DNA of 64,000 nt. Origin: Bigelowiella natans CCMP2755. Lineage: Eukaryota > Protista > Cercozoa. The DNA lies in contig ADNK01002140.1 in NCBI GenBank assembly GCA_000320545.1, positions 1 through 64,000 on the forward strand, given 5' to 3'. The notes beneath the pieces were generated by a model. That model was not told the origin of the DNA. It ran no database searches and worked only from the letters and a program-made list of their open reading frames with translations. The position numbers and the translations under genes are program-made. Shown in pieces: positions 24,753 through 39,211 of this stretch. Within the stretch, counting starts at the first letter, position 1. Every line of letters begins with the position of its first letter.

Positions 24753-25721
24753 CCTTCAAAGGAGCCGTAAAATGTACAGCAACTTGTCGATGAACCATTA
24801 TGTGACTAGCAGTTTGTGCTCACTGAACTGCGTTCATTTGCATGAATGGGGGCAACTTCAATTATTAATCATGGCAATGTATTGTTGCGATTTCTCCAAT
24901 AATTATGATCAATATTAATCATTTGTCCCAACAGTATCCAGCATGCAGCTATATTTAGACATGCTATGACACGTGAACAGTGCGTTGTGCACGTCCGGAG
25001 CAACTAAAAACAAATTTGCATGCGACACGTTGCAGTTTTCTATAGTTTGCGCGAACTTATCTGAGTCGCAATCTGCATCTCCACTGCGTTCGATGACATG
25101 TCCTTTCATGGCGCATTTGATTCCTTGGTGGGACGAGGGTACCTATACCACATGTGACATGTGACAGTGCTAGCAGTGCTAGAGTGCCTCAGAGCGTTGT
25201 GCGCTTGTCTAGTTGTCCCTACGCCAGCCTAGATTGAGCATCCCGTGAAGTAGTTGTGCACCACTAGACCATGAAAGTTTAGAGCCCAAGGCAAACGCAT
25301 AGAATAATAGACATGTAATACCATATATGATATATATGATATTACTGTGTCTAGACATGTGATATATAATATATATGATATTACTGTGTCTTTAATTAGA
25401 TTGTGTACTGATGGCTATTATACTATAGTACATGTATCATACTAGCGTAGCTCGTGTTGACTACATCTTGACATAGCAATGAGTGCGGCTCTATGCTCTA
25501 TGCAGTCGCCTCCTTTTCTGCGGCGTAGCGCCAAAAAATCAAAGCTGATTTTGGCATTGAATAATATGACTATTTATCGCACGAAAAAGTAGCCATGTGA
25601 ATGCATTCTTACGGTTGACATATCTAGTTGTGCGTGCGCTTGATAAATTGACCACAACATTGTTCATCGGCACCTGGCTTTATTAGGTGATTGCACGCTC
25701 AGCAGGTGATTCTATATGTCA

Positions 25722-26264
25722 TCACTGATTTCCACCACCACTTATCAGCAGTGCTTCTGCCTTTTGGAAATCACCATTGCAAGCCACCAGCATTTGTAGA
25801 GCAGCTTGCCTTGAGCATCCGTTCCGTCTTACTAGAGCCTCAATATCAATATCATGTTGGTTGGCGAAGTCTTGCATCCATTTTTCATTGCTATTATGAT
25901 CACCATCAGAAGTCGTAGTCTTATTCTCATCGCTTGCACTGTGAGGATACGGAAGAAGATCTGGAAGCTTTCCCTCAGAGCCACTTGTAATTGCAACAGC
26001 CACAACGCCATCAATGTCGTCATCAGCATCATCACAATCATCATCAATAGAAAATACGGACGGTCCTCCATCCCTCTCCCCGATCTCATCTTCTTCCACT
26101 AATATCGACGATTGAGTTGTTTGAAACTTCTGGTCTTTGTCACGAGATGGACTGCTACTTTGTGGTTTGTGTCTTTGTTGATGCTGAAGTCTTCGCTCCA
26201 ACCTACAACCATCATCATTGTCATCATTATCTTGTGTTGTTTGATGAGATCCTTCTCTCCTTTA

Positions 26265-26312
<48 letters not shown>

Positions 26313-26350
26313 ACTACGTACAATGTCGTAGGACAACGCACACACGCACG

Positions 26351-26392
<42 letters not shown>

Positions 26393-27106
26393 AACATGAA
26401 GCCTGGAGCAAGTACATAGAATTATATAAAACATCTATAGAGTTAAGTTATAGCAGCACCTTTCTGCAAGCACATTCCTCTGTCGCTGCAATTTGTCGGA
26501 GTTGTTGTTAGCACTAGTGCCGGTATTCGAAGAAGCAGTTTGCCGACCACCCATCGAGACCGTCATCTCCACATCGCTACTACCGCCTCTCCCTGCAGCA
26601 GCAGAAGGAGCTCTGCTTGCCTCTCCTTCTTCCCTGGTTCCAAGTCTATACCCAGCTCCAGTGAATGTGTGCGAAGAGGAGGGGGGAGAAGAGGAGAACA
26701 TTCCACCCCCACCGCTACCACCATTCCCTCCCTGTTGCGGCTGACCCCCTCCCATCATTCTCGAGAGAAATCCTCCTCCCCCTCCTTGCTGTCCAGCGTC
26801 CTGTCGGTCCCCCCCCACAGTGTATGGATTGAAAACCTGAGACAGCATCACATGCACACCCGTAAACAAACATATCATAGGCGCTGCTATAACTCCAGTT
26901 TCTCGATAGTTCAATGCGAGATTTATAAGCGACGAGAGATCATTACAACAACCTGAGCTGCTCCAGCTGCATCGAGGGCAACAAATCCCTCCTTCCTTGC
27001 CAGAAATGCAAAGCGCCCTTGTTCATAGCCTCGTAGCTTGTCCCTAGAAGCTTGAAGACGCTCCGGAAAGTACGCGTACATATATCCTTGATAGCACGTG
27101 GATGAC

Positions 27107-27137
<31 letters not shown>

Positions 27138-27193
27138 TTTAGGGTAAAACTATATTCGGAAAGGATCGCGATGAGCGACTACAGTTTTACACA

Positions 27194-27247
<54 letters not shown>

Positions 27248-28431
27248 CTTCGAGTGATGTACATTCCAAGACAGAAACCTGCACAGAGACAACTTATCAT
27301 TCCGAAGTCGATGCCCATAAGCTGGAAGATTAAAGCCAGGATCAAAGGATACCTGTTGCATGATGATGGTAATAATAAAAACGACGGTGAGATTGTCATC
27401 GGCACAACTAAGCACTATTTTTAGCCCATTTGCCATCACCACACACTGCTGCTATTTCAACGAATACGAAGAAGGTGCTGGGACCAGGAATTGCACTATT
27501 ATTATTACATTATGCGCAACTCATGTTTTTAATATGTTTGAGTGACGAACAGAGATGGGACTTCAACCATTTGGTGGGAACTTGAATTGGAAGGCAGCAG
27601 AGTTGTGTCGTCGGTTGCTGGGAGAGCATACACCTCACAGCCATTAATCTGCAGCATGAAAATACTCCAACTCATTCTCTTACAATAGATTTCTCTTAAT
27701 GCAATCGCAACTAAAACGCAAATCTTCGTCGTCATCGCCTTCTTTTTGTTGACTGTCTGTCCCTGTATTGTCGGCCCCTCCTCTCGCTGCTACCTTCATC
27801 TCTTCCATTCCACCATTATTGACTGCAAACTACCTTACTATCATGGCTATACTAACTCTTTGTCACATTTCATCATGGCTTCGCTACACACCCGAAAATA
27901 GGTCCCCAAGTCCCTGCCATTGCGATACGGGACATTGTTTTGCCGAAACCCCCCCCAGCGAGAGACAGCAAGCCGCAGATGACGAGAAATACTACTCCAC
28001 CTAGAACGTATACAACTCCTAGACTGTGAAGAAAGTACATGCTTCCTTGCTCAGTTTCGAGCCGACGACAGTCCTGGGAGATCCTACGAGTGTCGGAAAT
28101 ATTAGGGAGCGATCAGACTCAAAGAAGACAAGAAAGGGGATGGATTAACTAGAGATGAGGAACATTAGGAAGGGATTAGATAGACATACCACAAGAAGGA
28201 AATAAGTCCTGTTAGGATTGCTGAGAAGGGGTCTGAAGCTCGACTAACGAAGATGTTCGTAAACAGCCTCCAAATTTGGAAGGAAAAGACCGTGAAATAG
28301 AGATTGTTGGCAAGAAAGTATCTTGCAAATAGTCCGAGTACTATTCCGATTCCGACGACTGATTATAGAAAAAGAAGCCCACACGCGCCAATCATGTTCC
28401 CAGCTTTGCCCATGATACCTCGCAGCCAGAT

Positions 28432-28489
<58 letters not shown>

Positions 28490-28490
28490 A

Positions 28491-28528
<38 letters not shown>

Positions 28529-28542
28529 GCGCGCACATATAT

Positions 28543-28633
<91 letters not shown>

Positions 28634-28647
28634 TTTGTCATATAATA

Positions 28648-28697
<50 letters not shown>

Positions 28698-28932
28698 GAT
28701 ACCATAGACTAAATACTTCGAAATCAGCGGGATTGATGCCCAGCATTGAGCACATCGGTCCGTCATGGATCCGCCACCACCATCTGCCCCTACGAATTTA
28801 ATGATCAGCTCGAGGCGAATCACTCTAATTTTTAGCGAAATGTTGAAATCCATGCATAGCTCTTCTTCTTCTTCTTCTTCTTCTTCTTCTTCTTCCCCTA
28901 CCCTGTCCGCCATTGGCTCCTCCTCGTATCAT
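25722..28932 (-). CDS. Rhomboid-like pseudoprotease with SHP box and C-terminal UBA domain (ERAD adaptor; RBL15/UBAC2/Dsc2-like architecture)
   Basis: WASIPLISK, FQIWRLFTNIF (WR motif), QVPTKW-YPLILALIFQLM, SHP box FTGAGYRLG, and UBA DIEALVRRNGCSRQAALQMLVACNGDFQKAEALL. Confidence 0.78.
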
Positions 28933-29220
28933 CGGTTCTGCTCCACTTCCTTCCTCTCCTCTTCTCGCTCCTCCTTTCCTTGTCTTCCACTCGTTATTGC
29001 CGTGCATTCTTTAGTTGCGTCATGGACAATATGGAAAAAAAAATGTACGCTCAAAGAGGTAGTCATTCTCCACAACAGCAACGCAACAATGATGCGATAC
29101 AGCAATGATATAGAGAAAACTGTTAGTAGTTTAGGGGTCGAATCCTCCTTGCCTGCTGAGGAACACATGCAACAACATTAATATTAATGAATTATTAGTG
29201 CACATCTTTCAAGTGTCAAA

Positions 29221-31737
29221 ATGAGTTCAGCGACGTTCGTCGGTTACAGCTCCGCTGTAAGTGCATTTTTTGTCCTGAGACAATGCTAATTTGTTGTCTT
29301 TTCAGAGGAAAATCTGGGTCTTATTCTCTGTTAACATTTGTTCCCTCAGAGCCCCCTGCCCGTCCGGCCATGAACCCGCGGTCTTCCCCGCCACGCCATC
29401 TGGTGCGGGAAACGGTGTTTCGGCAGAGTTTGAGCAGAACTAGATTGCTCTTCCTGCGAGATTTATCTATACTGCTGGCGTATGCAGTCGTAGCGACTAT
29501 TTTGATGGACTTCTGCTACCCTCCCAAACTCACGAACCAACCTCGGCCGCTTGGAACCGGATTAGTTGATGGTAACTTGCTTTCCTGCTTTCTAGCTCTC
29601 TTCTATAGATAATCTATGAGTAAATCTTGACCGTTTTCAATTTGTAGGTCTATTATTTACCATCGAATCAAGCTTATTTTATGCCAGTGTAAAGGTGGCT
29701 GCTGCAGGGGATAATAGGGGACGTAATGGCGTTCGAACGCGATTGATAAATGCCATTCTTCTGAGTTCTCTTCTTATTCTCAAATTCATTTCACTCTGGA
29801 ATATACCTCGAAGGCTTCCCATAATCGCTATCTATTTATTCTCCTTCGCGTTCGCAGCCGTCTTCTTTGTGTACTTACTCATCTTCCCACTTTTTGCTCT
29901 ACTTTTGAAATCGAGGGAAAGGATATTGGAAAACTGTGATGCTCTACTGTGCATTTATTGCGTACTTACTTTGAGTGCAGGTTTTCAAGTCTTCATTTAC
30001 CCTTTCAACCGTTCTCTATGGGGAATTATATCCATTATTGCCAGTATAAGTTTTCTTTTTATCCAAATCATCTGCTCTCTCTGCAATAAATTCTTCAATT
30101 TCAACAAAGCTGGGTACATCCTGTGGTCGTCCTTTGCTTCAGCGTTTCTGAGTCGAGGTTGTTCGACTGTAGTCGATGCATTTTGGGGCCAAGTAGAATC
30201 GACAGATTTTGCAGTGTTGAAGACTTTGGTGTTTATAAAGATTTTACTGTCCCTCTTTAGTTGGTTGCTGACACGAATGCTAGAGGGAATTTCTCAATTA
30301 AGGGACTGCGAGCGCTACTATCCACTTCTCTTTTCTCTCCATTTTGCTGAAAGTTTCCTTGTGGCCCTAATATTTACCCAGGGATCACTATCGATTGAAT
30401 TCATAATCTCCCTCGTTGTCCTATTATTGATCAATTTTTGGCGGGATAGTGGGATGGGGCACAAATTGTACGCAGTGTGCTTTCTCAGAACACTAGACCC
30501 TGCCGGGTTGGCTGACTATATGACGCGGTCATTCCGGAAGCACGAGATGGACCATGTGGCTGAGCTATTGGCGCCTCCGATACTCGTAGTTATGATGCTG
30601 ACGGATTCGGTCATTGGTGCGGATGGTTATCAATGGTACAAACCTAGAAGAGATCGGCTTTCCGATGTGATAGCAATTCTTGCATTGACCACGGCAGCAA
30701 AGGCTAGCCAAGCGTATTTTTCCTACAATTTATTTTTGGGGAAGATCAAAGATATCCAGCTGCTCGTTATAGATGCAAACCTGAACGAATACGAGCTTAA
30801 GGAACAGGACGAAGAAGCGACAGCGAAAGGGCTCTCTCAATCTCGGAAAAGGGGAGAGGAGAAAGTAGCGAAAGGAAGTGTGAAATCCTTCAATTCCACC
30901 GACACCTTGACGAAGAATCGGTGAGTAATTAATTAATTTTCCTTTGTAGAACAGGCTTTAATTTATGTGCTCGGCTGCTCTAATCTTAGGCACCAAAATC
31001 GATTTAGACTGAGATACGAAAATAATGGTCTATCGTCGCGGGATCTCGGTTTAGTATCTCAACAAGGAACTTCACGATCGCAGCAACACACCCCAAAAGC
31101 GCTCGCCGAAACACCACGAATGTTACGAGAAACACCACGAAATGATATCGAACGTGGTGAAGGTATTTCTCGAATAAAGAATACAAATGAAGAGGTAACA
31201 TCAAGTTCGGTTGGTGTGAAATCATCAAATGAAATTTGGCGAGGTGGGGGTAGTTTAGCCAAGAGTAAAAGACAGACTGAAATAGAGGAGATGAGAAAAC
31301 GTCAGACGCCATTGACATCCCCAATAAATAAGTTTGTAGCGGCATCTAGTAAAGGAGGGTTTTGTATCGATAGTAGCTCTGATTCACCACTACAAAAGCA
31401 GAAATTAACAAAAGATCGTACCGAATCCAAAACTTCAAGTTGTCCAAATATCCACGAAAATATAAATTGTAAAGAATCTCAACCGAAAATCATACCTAGA
31501 ACAATAAGAAGTGATTCAATAATGGACGTTAAAAAGTCTCAGAAACCGAATAGGAGAGAAGCCAGCCCTAGCACTTTGATGGAATTTTTATCGCTATCAC
31601 GAATAATGAAGGGAATTCTCGGCAGGAAAACAGTTATTTTTTGGATGAAAACTAGAATTTTATTCATGATTTCGATTGCAGTGACATTGACCTCAGTTAG
31701 ACATTTCACTTATCTTCAGCATCAGAATATCAATTAG
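29221..31737 (+). CDS. Uncharacterised multipass membrane protein (~10 or more TM) with long Ser/Lys-rich loop before the last TM
   Basis: 409-aa hydrophobic ORF joined by intron 30921-30990 to a 256-aa ORF ending in hydrophobic ILFMISIAVTLTSV. Short 5' exons at 29221-29256 and ~29350-29571. Confidence 0.7.
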
Positions 31738-32728
31738 ATCGCTTAGCTTTTACCGATGTGAATACGTACGCGTACTATTGGGGTTATAGAAGCAATCGTC
31801 TTTCTGATTTCGCCGAGATCGTTCGAGACTTTGAAGCGCCGCACATAGGATCTAACAGTCAGGCTGATATATGTTTCTGCCTGCGTCGTAAGTTATCACA
31901 ATACCTGTAAATACTATACATCGCATTGTATCATATATGGATCAGCACGTACCTACGCACGTGTGTATCGTCGATGCAATATGCGATGTCTAGCTAGATG
32001 ACCACATAGACGGCCAGGCGATGCGCATCTACTAGCTTGCAAATCCACTAGACATGCAACATGGTGTGCATATGCGCATGTTTAGATGACAAGTTCATGA
32101 TGTCTCGATCGTATCACATATACAACAATAGACATATAATAGTATGTATAATATATAAAATATATATTGTTACATGCTAGCATGTGTTGCTAGATTATTG
32201 GACGACAGATCGTGACAGTGACTCGACATGCAGACCAACTCTGAACAGAAACATTGTTTTATGCATTTATTAGGGACATCTCTGCTGCCTAGATGTGAGT
32301 TGGATGCATTGTTCTGTAATTACGTTTAGCTGTGAAAATGTCACTATCTATCTATGTACGTCACATTGATTTTTAACATGCAATAATCCAGTGTGCTGTG
32401 CAATACTAGAATGCACGGCGGTTTCCAGCTAGCCATCCGCATCTAGCCATCGCGCAGATCGCTGTCAATCGTATCTTATCGCATGTTGTTCGTGTTCCTA
32501 CATGCTAACGCCAAGCTGTGGCAGCGTACTGTCACACATGCTACACCTCATCGACCATGCTAGCATGTGTGCTGCTACACAGCTAGTGTGCGCTGCATGC
32601 ATGATGTGCAGCACACACTGTCCATAGCCGTGCTAGCGTGACGCTGCTGGCATTATAGCTAGATGGGTTTCAGTTGCTGCATGCTATGCTTTTTCGACTG
32701 GCAATGAAACAAGCTAGCAAGATGATAC

Positions 32729-32810
32729 GACGGATATGTAATTGATCAATTAAATTTGTTCAATGGACAATCCTCACACACACAGCCATGTGCAATGCAG
32801 TGGCTACAGC
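32729..32810 (-). mobile_element. Dispersed LINE 3'-end element (copy 4)
   Basis: gacggatatgtaattgatcaattaaatttgttcaatggacaatcctca...gcaatgcagtggctacagc; core nearly identical to copy 1. Confidence 0.75.
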
Positions 32811-33386
32811 AGCTCTAGAGCTAGCTAGCATGGAGCCAGACGAGTGACAGAGTACTAGTGGTTATTTGCTAGTTTGCGCACGTTTTGCATTGATGACGGC
32901 CGCCGCACACATATATCAACACATCAAGCTAGCAAGTGTGCTTCATGAGTGCACCACGCTGAATGTTGCTGTTTGTCTAAGTGCAAACGAATCATCACGC
33001 GCACAGTGCGCATTGCATCACATCACTGGCATGCATGCGCTAGCTAGCTAGCTAGGACCGTGCCAATGTTCAGACCTGCAGACACCTGTCGCTTGTGCTA
33101 GTGTGTAGAAGGTACAGGTTCGATGCCACAGTAGCGAAGTAGTAGCAGCGCGCGTATGTATGTATGTATGTTGTAACCATAGCATGGAAGGTCTGCGATG
33201 CAGTATTGCTCTCAGCATGCACATTCAATGCATTTACGTCTAATAATATAACGAGCCCTCGTTATGATAATACTTGCACGTGATACGAACAAAAACGCAA
33301 CTGTTTCTAGGTTACACGTCCCAACTGTATAACACCTGCAAGTGAACTAAGAGTATGATAATACTTGCTGAGCTCCAAGACAGTGC

Positions 33387-34481
33387 TTAAGCAAGAGTGA
33401 ACGAGTCGCGGAGACCAAGAGCCTCTTTATCCGTTCCTTTGAACCAACGCTTGTCCCCGACCTGGATGAAAACGATGTAGAGCTGTCCGTTCTTTACTGC
33501 AGCAGAGACAAGCTTGTGGCGTCCACCCTCATCTCCATCAGCGGTACGGGAAAGAAGCTCATAGTTGTAGTATTTGGTTCCCTTCTTATCGGTCCTCTCA
33601 TCAATATCAAGGAGAGACAAAGCAGACACTGAACCAGGCTTGAATCCTCCCTCGGACTTGGTTTCTCCAGTCCAAGCCTGCTTTCCGAAGAGGAAGTCAC
33701 AGGACTTAAGGAACTCCTCAGGCGATCCGAGTTGGTCCACGGAGGTCTATAGAAAATGATAACTGTAAGTCGATATTCTTTTTTTTTAAAAATAAAAGTA
33801 TCACACCTTTCCATCAACTTTCTTTTTGATAATTGCGGCGAAGTTAACAGCATCGAAGTTATCCTGGTAACGCTCAACGATGTTATCGAAGTCGCGCTCA
33901 GTGGAGTAGAGCCACTTGGAAGGGAGGAGGAAGGAGTATTCATCCCTCTTGGTAGGAATGAATCCCTTGCTGTTGGTGACCTTACCAAAGACGTTAGCAG
34001 GATCTCCGTATTCAGCAGAGGCCTTGTTCAGCTGTCCGAAGAGGCCAGCAGCAGCAAAAGTTCCGATTCCAGCCATCGCTCCACGGCGGGCTGACACATA
34101 TGCTAATCAGAACTTCATCAATAAAATTTGAACAGATTTTAACTTACATTCAGCTCCAACGCGGACGTTGCGGCATCCTGCAGTGCGAGGAGCAACCATA
34201 GGTGGTGCCACAGCTCGGGTACGAGCAATTCCAGTGGAAAGATCTGTGAATTCAATCAGGATGAATAAAAAATCTCACACAAAAAATGAACCGCTGCAAC
34301 CCCCCCCCCTCTACAGCACGTCATCATGAGGCCCAGAAGACAAAATTTTCTTACCACCTCCCTGGAATCCAAGGAAGCATAGTCCAGCGAATAGGCCCGC
34401 GTTAAGTGCGAGGGAAGCAGTTAGCTTCCAGTCCTTCTTGGAGGAGGAGGAGAGAGAAGGTTGGCCTAGGGATGCGTACAT
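33387..34481 (-). CDS. psbP: Photosystem II oxygen-evolving enhancer protein 2 (PsbP/OEE2), nucleus-encoded with tripartite targeting leader
   Basis: Mature N-terminus (A)EYGDPANVFG, SRTADGDEGGRH and QVGDKRWFKG. Leader consists of signal ASLALNAGLFAGLCFLG, an Arg-rich transit peptide and a Tat RR...ASA segment. Confidence 0.95.
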
Positions 34482-35126
34482 TGCTCTTGCGTGCGTATGA
34501 ATGCTGGCTTAAGAGCCCCCCACAAGAACTTGGAAAGCAAAAGAAGCGGAAGCTTTCAAAAAAATAAAAATAGCCTACATTCGATATATTATGACAGGTC
34601 CAAATCCATGTCGCAATTCGAATTAGCCTCTTATCGAGTGATTGGTGCAGATTTTTCTACAGCTACGTAAAAACCTGGAAATCCCCTGCATTTTTCCTGT
34701 TCTGAGAAAAAATGCACTTTTCGGGATTTCCCATGTTGACGAAAAAAATATGTATCTAAAAATAAAATATCGGGGAATTGCCCGCCAAAACAGCAAGTTC
34801 TTCGCGCCACTTTCCTTTCCCGCGCCGAAATGGATGATGTGATGACAGGTTGACGATGTCCTAAAATGCAGTCTAAATTTTGCACAATATGTGAGATATT
34901 CTTGAATTCCCCTTGTTTTTCCTGCAGAAATCACCCAAACAATTGAATACTTGTTTCCCGCCCTTGTATTGGATATTTTGCATTAAATCCCACCACAGGG
35001 AACCTGTACATTCTTCATTTTACCCATTTTGAAGTCATCTGAATATGTCGTATTATAGAAATATGTCGTATCTTAGATTTATCTACTAAATTACAGGTGC
35101 AAGCAAAAATCTTAGTTAAAATCCAA

Positions 35127-35320
35127 ATGTCTTCTTCGCCTGTCCGAAGCAGCTCCCCTGGAGGTAGACCACCGCCCTAGCCTTGGCGAAACCGCATATG
35201 CATAGCGAAAAGGGATCCAATTCTATCTATTTTTTGTTTGAACTGTGAAACATGTATCATCAAAATCTTGGGATGAGATTGGCACACGGGAGGGTGGAAC
35301 AGGCTTCGACCGCGTAGTGT

Positions 35321-35358
<38 letters not shown>

Positions 35359-38284
35359 TGTTGCATTCGTCGGATATTGAATGTTGTGTACTCATCGTCA
35401 GCTGTTGCCGACTCCTCCAGTCCTGTTGTATACAATACACCGGGTTCAACACCATCCCGTACACCACGCACACCGCGATCTGTGAGCTCACATGTTCCTC
35501 GTTCCGTGAGCTCTCATATCCCGCGCACTCCAACGTCTGCAACTCCAAGGAGGAGCGAACTCGGTTCTGCGAGTCGTCACCACGTAGTTCCTGTATCCTC
35601 AGGAGGAGATGTACGCAAACTTACTTCCAAGCCTGCGTTGCATTCTCACCTAAATTTTAAACAATCATTTTTAGGAGAAAGTATCCTCCTCCTCCGATCA
35701 TGCAGACCCAGTATCCCGTTCTGTTATCTGGGGGACTACTGTCAGCGTTCAGGATTCGATGAACAAGTTCATGAAATTTTTTGAAGAGCATCTTGATGAA
35801 CGAACAGGGGAGCCCTTGTATCCCCAGCTCCTACGGGAGACCCTTGAAGAAGGTAATTCAATTACTCCTCTGAAATCATATTCAATGCTGAGTTTGCCCC
35901 ATTTTGATCAGATGTGCACCACATCAACTTGAACTGCAAGAACCTCTATGACTACGACATGGACCTATACCGTCAACTTGTATTCTACCCAGCGGAAATC
36001 ATTCCTATTTTTGACATGTGCATCGATCGGATCACCCAGAACCAGTTCCGCGAATTTGCCGAAAATGGAGAACGCGTACAGGTTTGCCTTTGATGAATCT
36101 TTCTCCTGGATTGTTTGCTGGTAATCTAATCATAAACATACATTTTTCTTCATGAAGGTGAGGACATTCAATTTGATCGATGTTAAGAGTATGCGCGAGC
36201 TTGATCCGAAAGACATCGACACTATGGTCGCGATCAAGGGCATGGTGATTCGCTGCAGCGGAATCATTCCGGATATGATGTCTGCATACTTTCAATGCGT
36301 CAATTGTGGCCATTCCGAGGAGGTGCGCAACATTCAATATGCACTACACATTCAAATATGTCTGAGCGATGTTTATACAAACACCACACTTTCCCCTCGA
36401 TTCCGAGTCTTCAACCTCTGTTTTCACGGCAACTAACTATTCAGGTGCATATTGACCGTGGCCGGATTGATGAGCCAACAACTTGCGCAAATTGCAAAGC
36501 TAAACACTCTATGCAAATCATCCACAACCGTTGTCAGTTCTCGGACAAGCAGGTGTTAAAGATTCAAGAGACCCCTGATTCTATTCCACAAGGGGAAACA
36601 CCACACACGGTTACGGTATATGCCTTTGGAGATCTAGTCGACGTTGCGAAGCCGGGAGATCGAGTTGAAATTACCGGCATTTTCAAAGCGGTATTCTTTC
36701 ATTTTCAGCATCTTGTTGTCGCACCACACACACACACACACATGCAAAACTCACCATTGACACTACAAAAGCTGCAATTTCACTTCGTTCTGTTAATTAT
36801 ATTTTTTGTTGTCCACAATTTAGAAAGCCAAGAGAGTGTCTTCCCGTCAGCGTGCTCAGCACTCGCTATTCGATACATACATCGACGTGTTACACATCAA
36901 GAAGACAGTCAAGACGAGATTTGGCGCGGAGGACTCTCGCGCTGAGAAGGAATCTGAATACTACACTTCCTTTGAGGAGTCTGACAACGTAGTATCAATT
37001 TCTGCGGAGCGAAAGAAAGAACTCAAGAAACTCGCAGAGGATCCCGACATTTATCAGAAACTTGCGGGATCAATTGCCCCAAGTATCTTTGAGATGGATA
37101 ACGTGAAAAAGGGCATCTTATGCCAGCTCTTTAGTGGTGCAAATAAGCAGTTCGCCAAGGGGCAGCGCGACGGTTTTCGTGGCGAAATTAACGTGCTTCT
37201 GTGCGGAGATCCTGGAGTATCGAAATCGCAGCTCTTGCAGTACGTTCATAAGCTTGCTCCTCGTGGAATTTACACCTCAGGGAAAGGATCTTCCGCTGTC
37301 GGATTGACGGCATACGTGACAAAGGATCCAATGACTGGGGAGATGGTTCTTGAGAGCGGAGCTCTCGTCCTTAGCGACCGTGGCGTCTGCTGCATTGATG
37401 AATTCGACAAGATGAATGAATCCACACGATCTATCCTCCACGAAGTCATGGAACAACAAACAGTTTCTATTGCAAAGGCAGGCATTGTGTGTACTCTAAA
37501 CGCTCGCACGTCCATCCTCGCGTCAGCAAACCCAGTCGGGTCACGATATGACACGTCTAAGTCCGTCGTGGCAAATATCAACTTGTTGCCTACCATTCTC
37601 TCCCGTTTCGATCTCATTTACCTCATTCTCGACAACCCGAGTGAAGCACATGATCGCAGGCTCGCAAAGCATCTTATCTCAATGTATGCCAAAGAGGGTA
37701 AGGAAAAGGCTAAGGGAACTATCCCAATTGATGTTCTTACAGATTACATTACATACGCTCGTATGAACATTCACCCAAAGATTTCTGAAGAAGCTTCAGA
37801 AGCCCTTGTTACCACTTACGTGAACATGCGAAAGGTCGGCCGAAAAAATGGACAGAGCAATGTTGTGACAGCTACAACAAGGCAACTTGAGTCACTCATC
37901 CGTCTTGCGGAGGCTCTCGCCAAAATGCGACTTTCGGATGTCGTTACCAAAGAGAATGTTGAAGAAGCTGCTCGTTTGATCAATGTTGCAACGCAAACGG
38001 CAGCAACGGATCCCAATACCGGACTTATTGACATGGACCTCATTACAACCGGAACTAGTGCAGGGGATCGCAAGCGTCTGACCGAAATTACAGAAGCAAT
38101 CAAGGAGCTCTTGGATCAGCAGAAGAAGAGAAATTTGTCGTTCGATGATATTTTGAAATCTTTAAACGAGAATAGTGCCGCGGGAGTGAAGAGAAATGAT
38201 CTTCTGAAGATTCTTCCTGCGCTCAAAGATGACGGAATTCTAGTTAACTACGACAAAAGGAAAGAAACAGTCAGGCTAGCGTAA
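35127..38284 (+). CDS. MCM4: DNA replication licensing factor MCM4
   Basis: SP/TP-rich N-terminus, VIWGTTV, C4 zinc finger (CVNC...CANC), FSDKQVLKIQETPD, Walker A GDPGVSKSQ, IDEFDKM and SRFD. Confidence 0.95.
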
Positions 38285-39211
38285 GCGATATCGCAGATTT
38301 GTTGAATGTTATATGTGGTTTAACATGCTATCTTGCAATAAGCAACAAGTTCCTTATGTGCTGTTATCATGCAATGAAGGTGCACACGTACATGCGAATC
38401 TGTGTAGTAGCGTTCGCATGCTGTAGCTCGATCTCCGATTATTTTCCCCAAACGCTCTCAGTTGGTGAAAAAGACGCTCGCCGCCAGGCATGCATGCACA
38501 CTATAATATGTCATAGCTTAATGTGTAGAAGCATAAATTCAATGATAATATATGCTTGTACGTGCGTGCCAGATTTCGCAAGAATTGTCATTGTGTAACT
38601 GCGCCTGCATAGCGAGCGCTAGCGTAGAGCGATCGACCGCAATTATGATATCGTGAACTCATCATGTCGCTTACATAATGTTGCCGACTACAACTCTAGA
38701 ACTACCACAACAGACAGCTGTGGGACTCAAAGCGACATCATTGTATAGTCATCGTTGTCTCCGCCGCGCATTACTAAATCATTTCGCAATGCGTCATAGT
38801 CGATGAGTCCGATGGCTTTAATCACAATGCATGCTGCAACGTAACAATGTGTGCATGCTGCTACTTACGGCCAGACAATGCCCATCGCCAAAGCAAGCTA
38901 CGGCTGTATAGTGTCATTATTCACTGTCTTTTATTTATGCTGTATCTAGGTGCATATGTTGGTGGAAGTATATCGTGGACGGTCATTTCCAATGCATGAT
39001 CGCCAAAAGCAAGGTGTACGAATAGTGCTAAAGTGTAACTGTTTTATTTAAAGGCAAATAATAACCTTATGATTTTAGTTGCTTATCCTAGTGGTAGAGA
39101 GTCGATAAATAATACAGTCGCAAGGAGCGTGTTACCCAATAAATTAGTTCATTCCAAAATGTGCTCTCCGTCTTCTCTATTTTAATCTATACGACGGAAT
39201 GATAACCAAAG

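Noticed and set aside
25322-25391. Short tandem duplication atatatgatattactgtgtct x2
   Set aside because: Local AT-rich duplication with no further structure.
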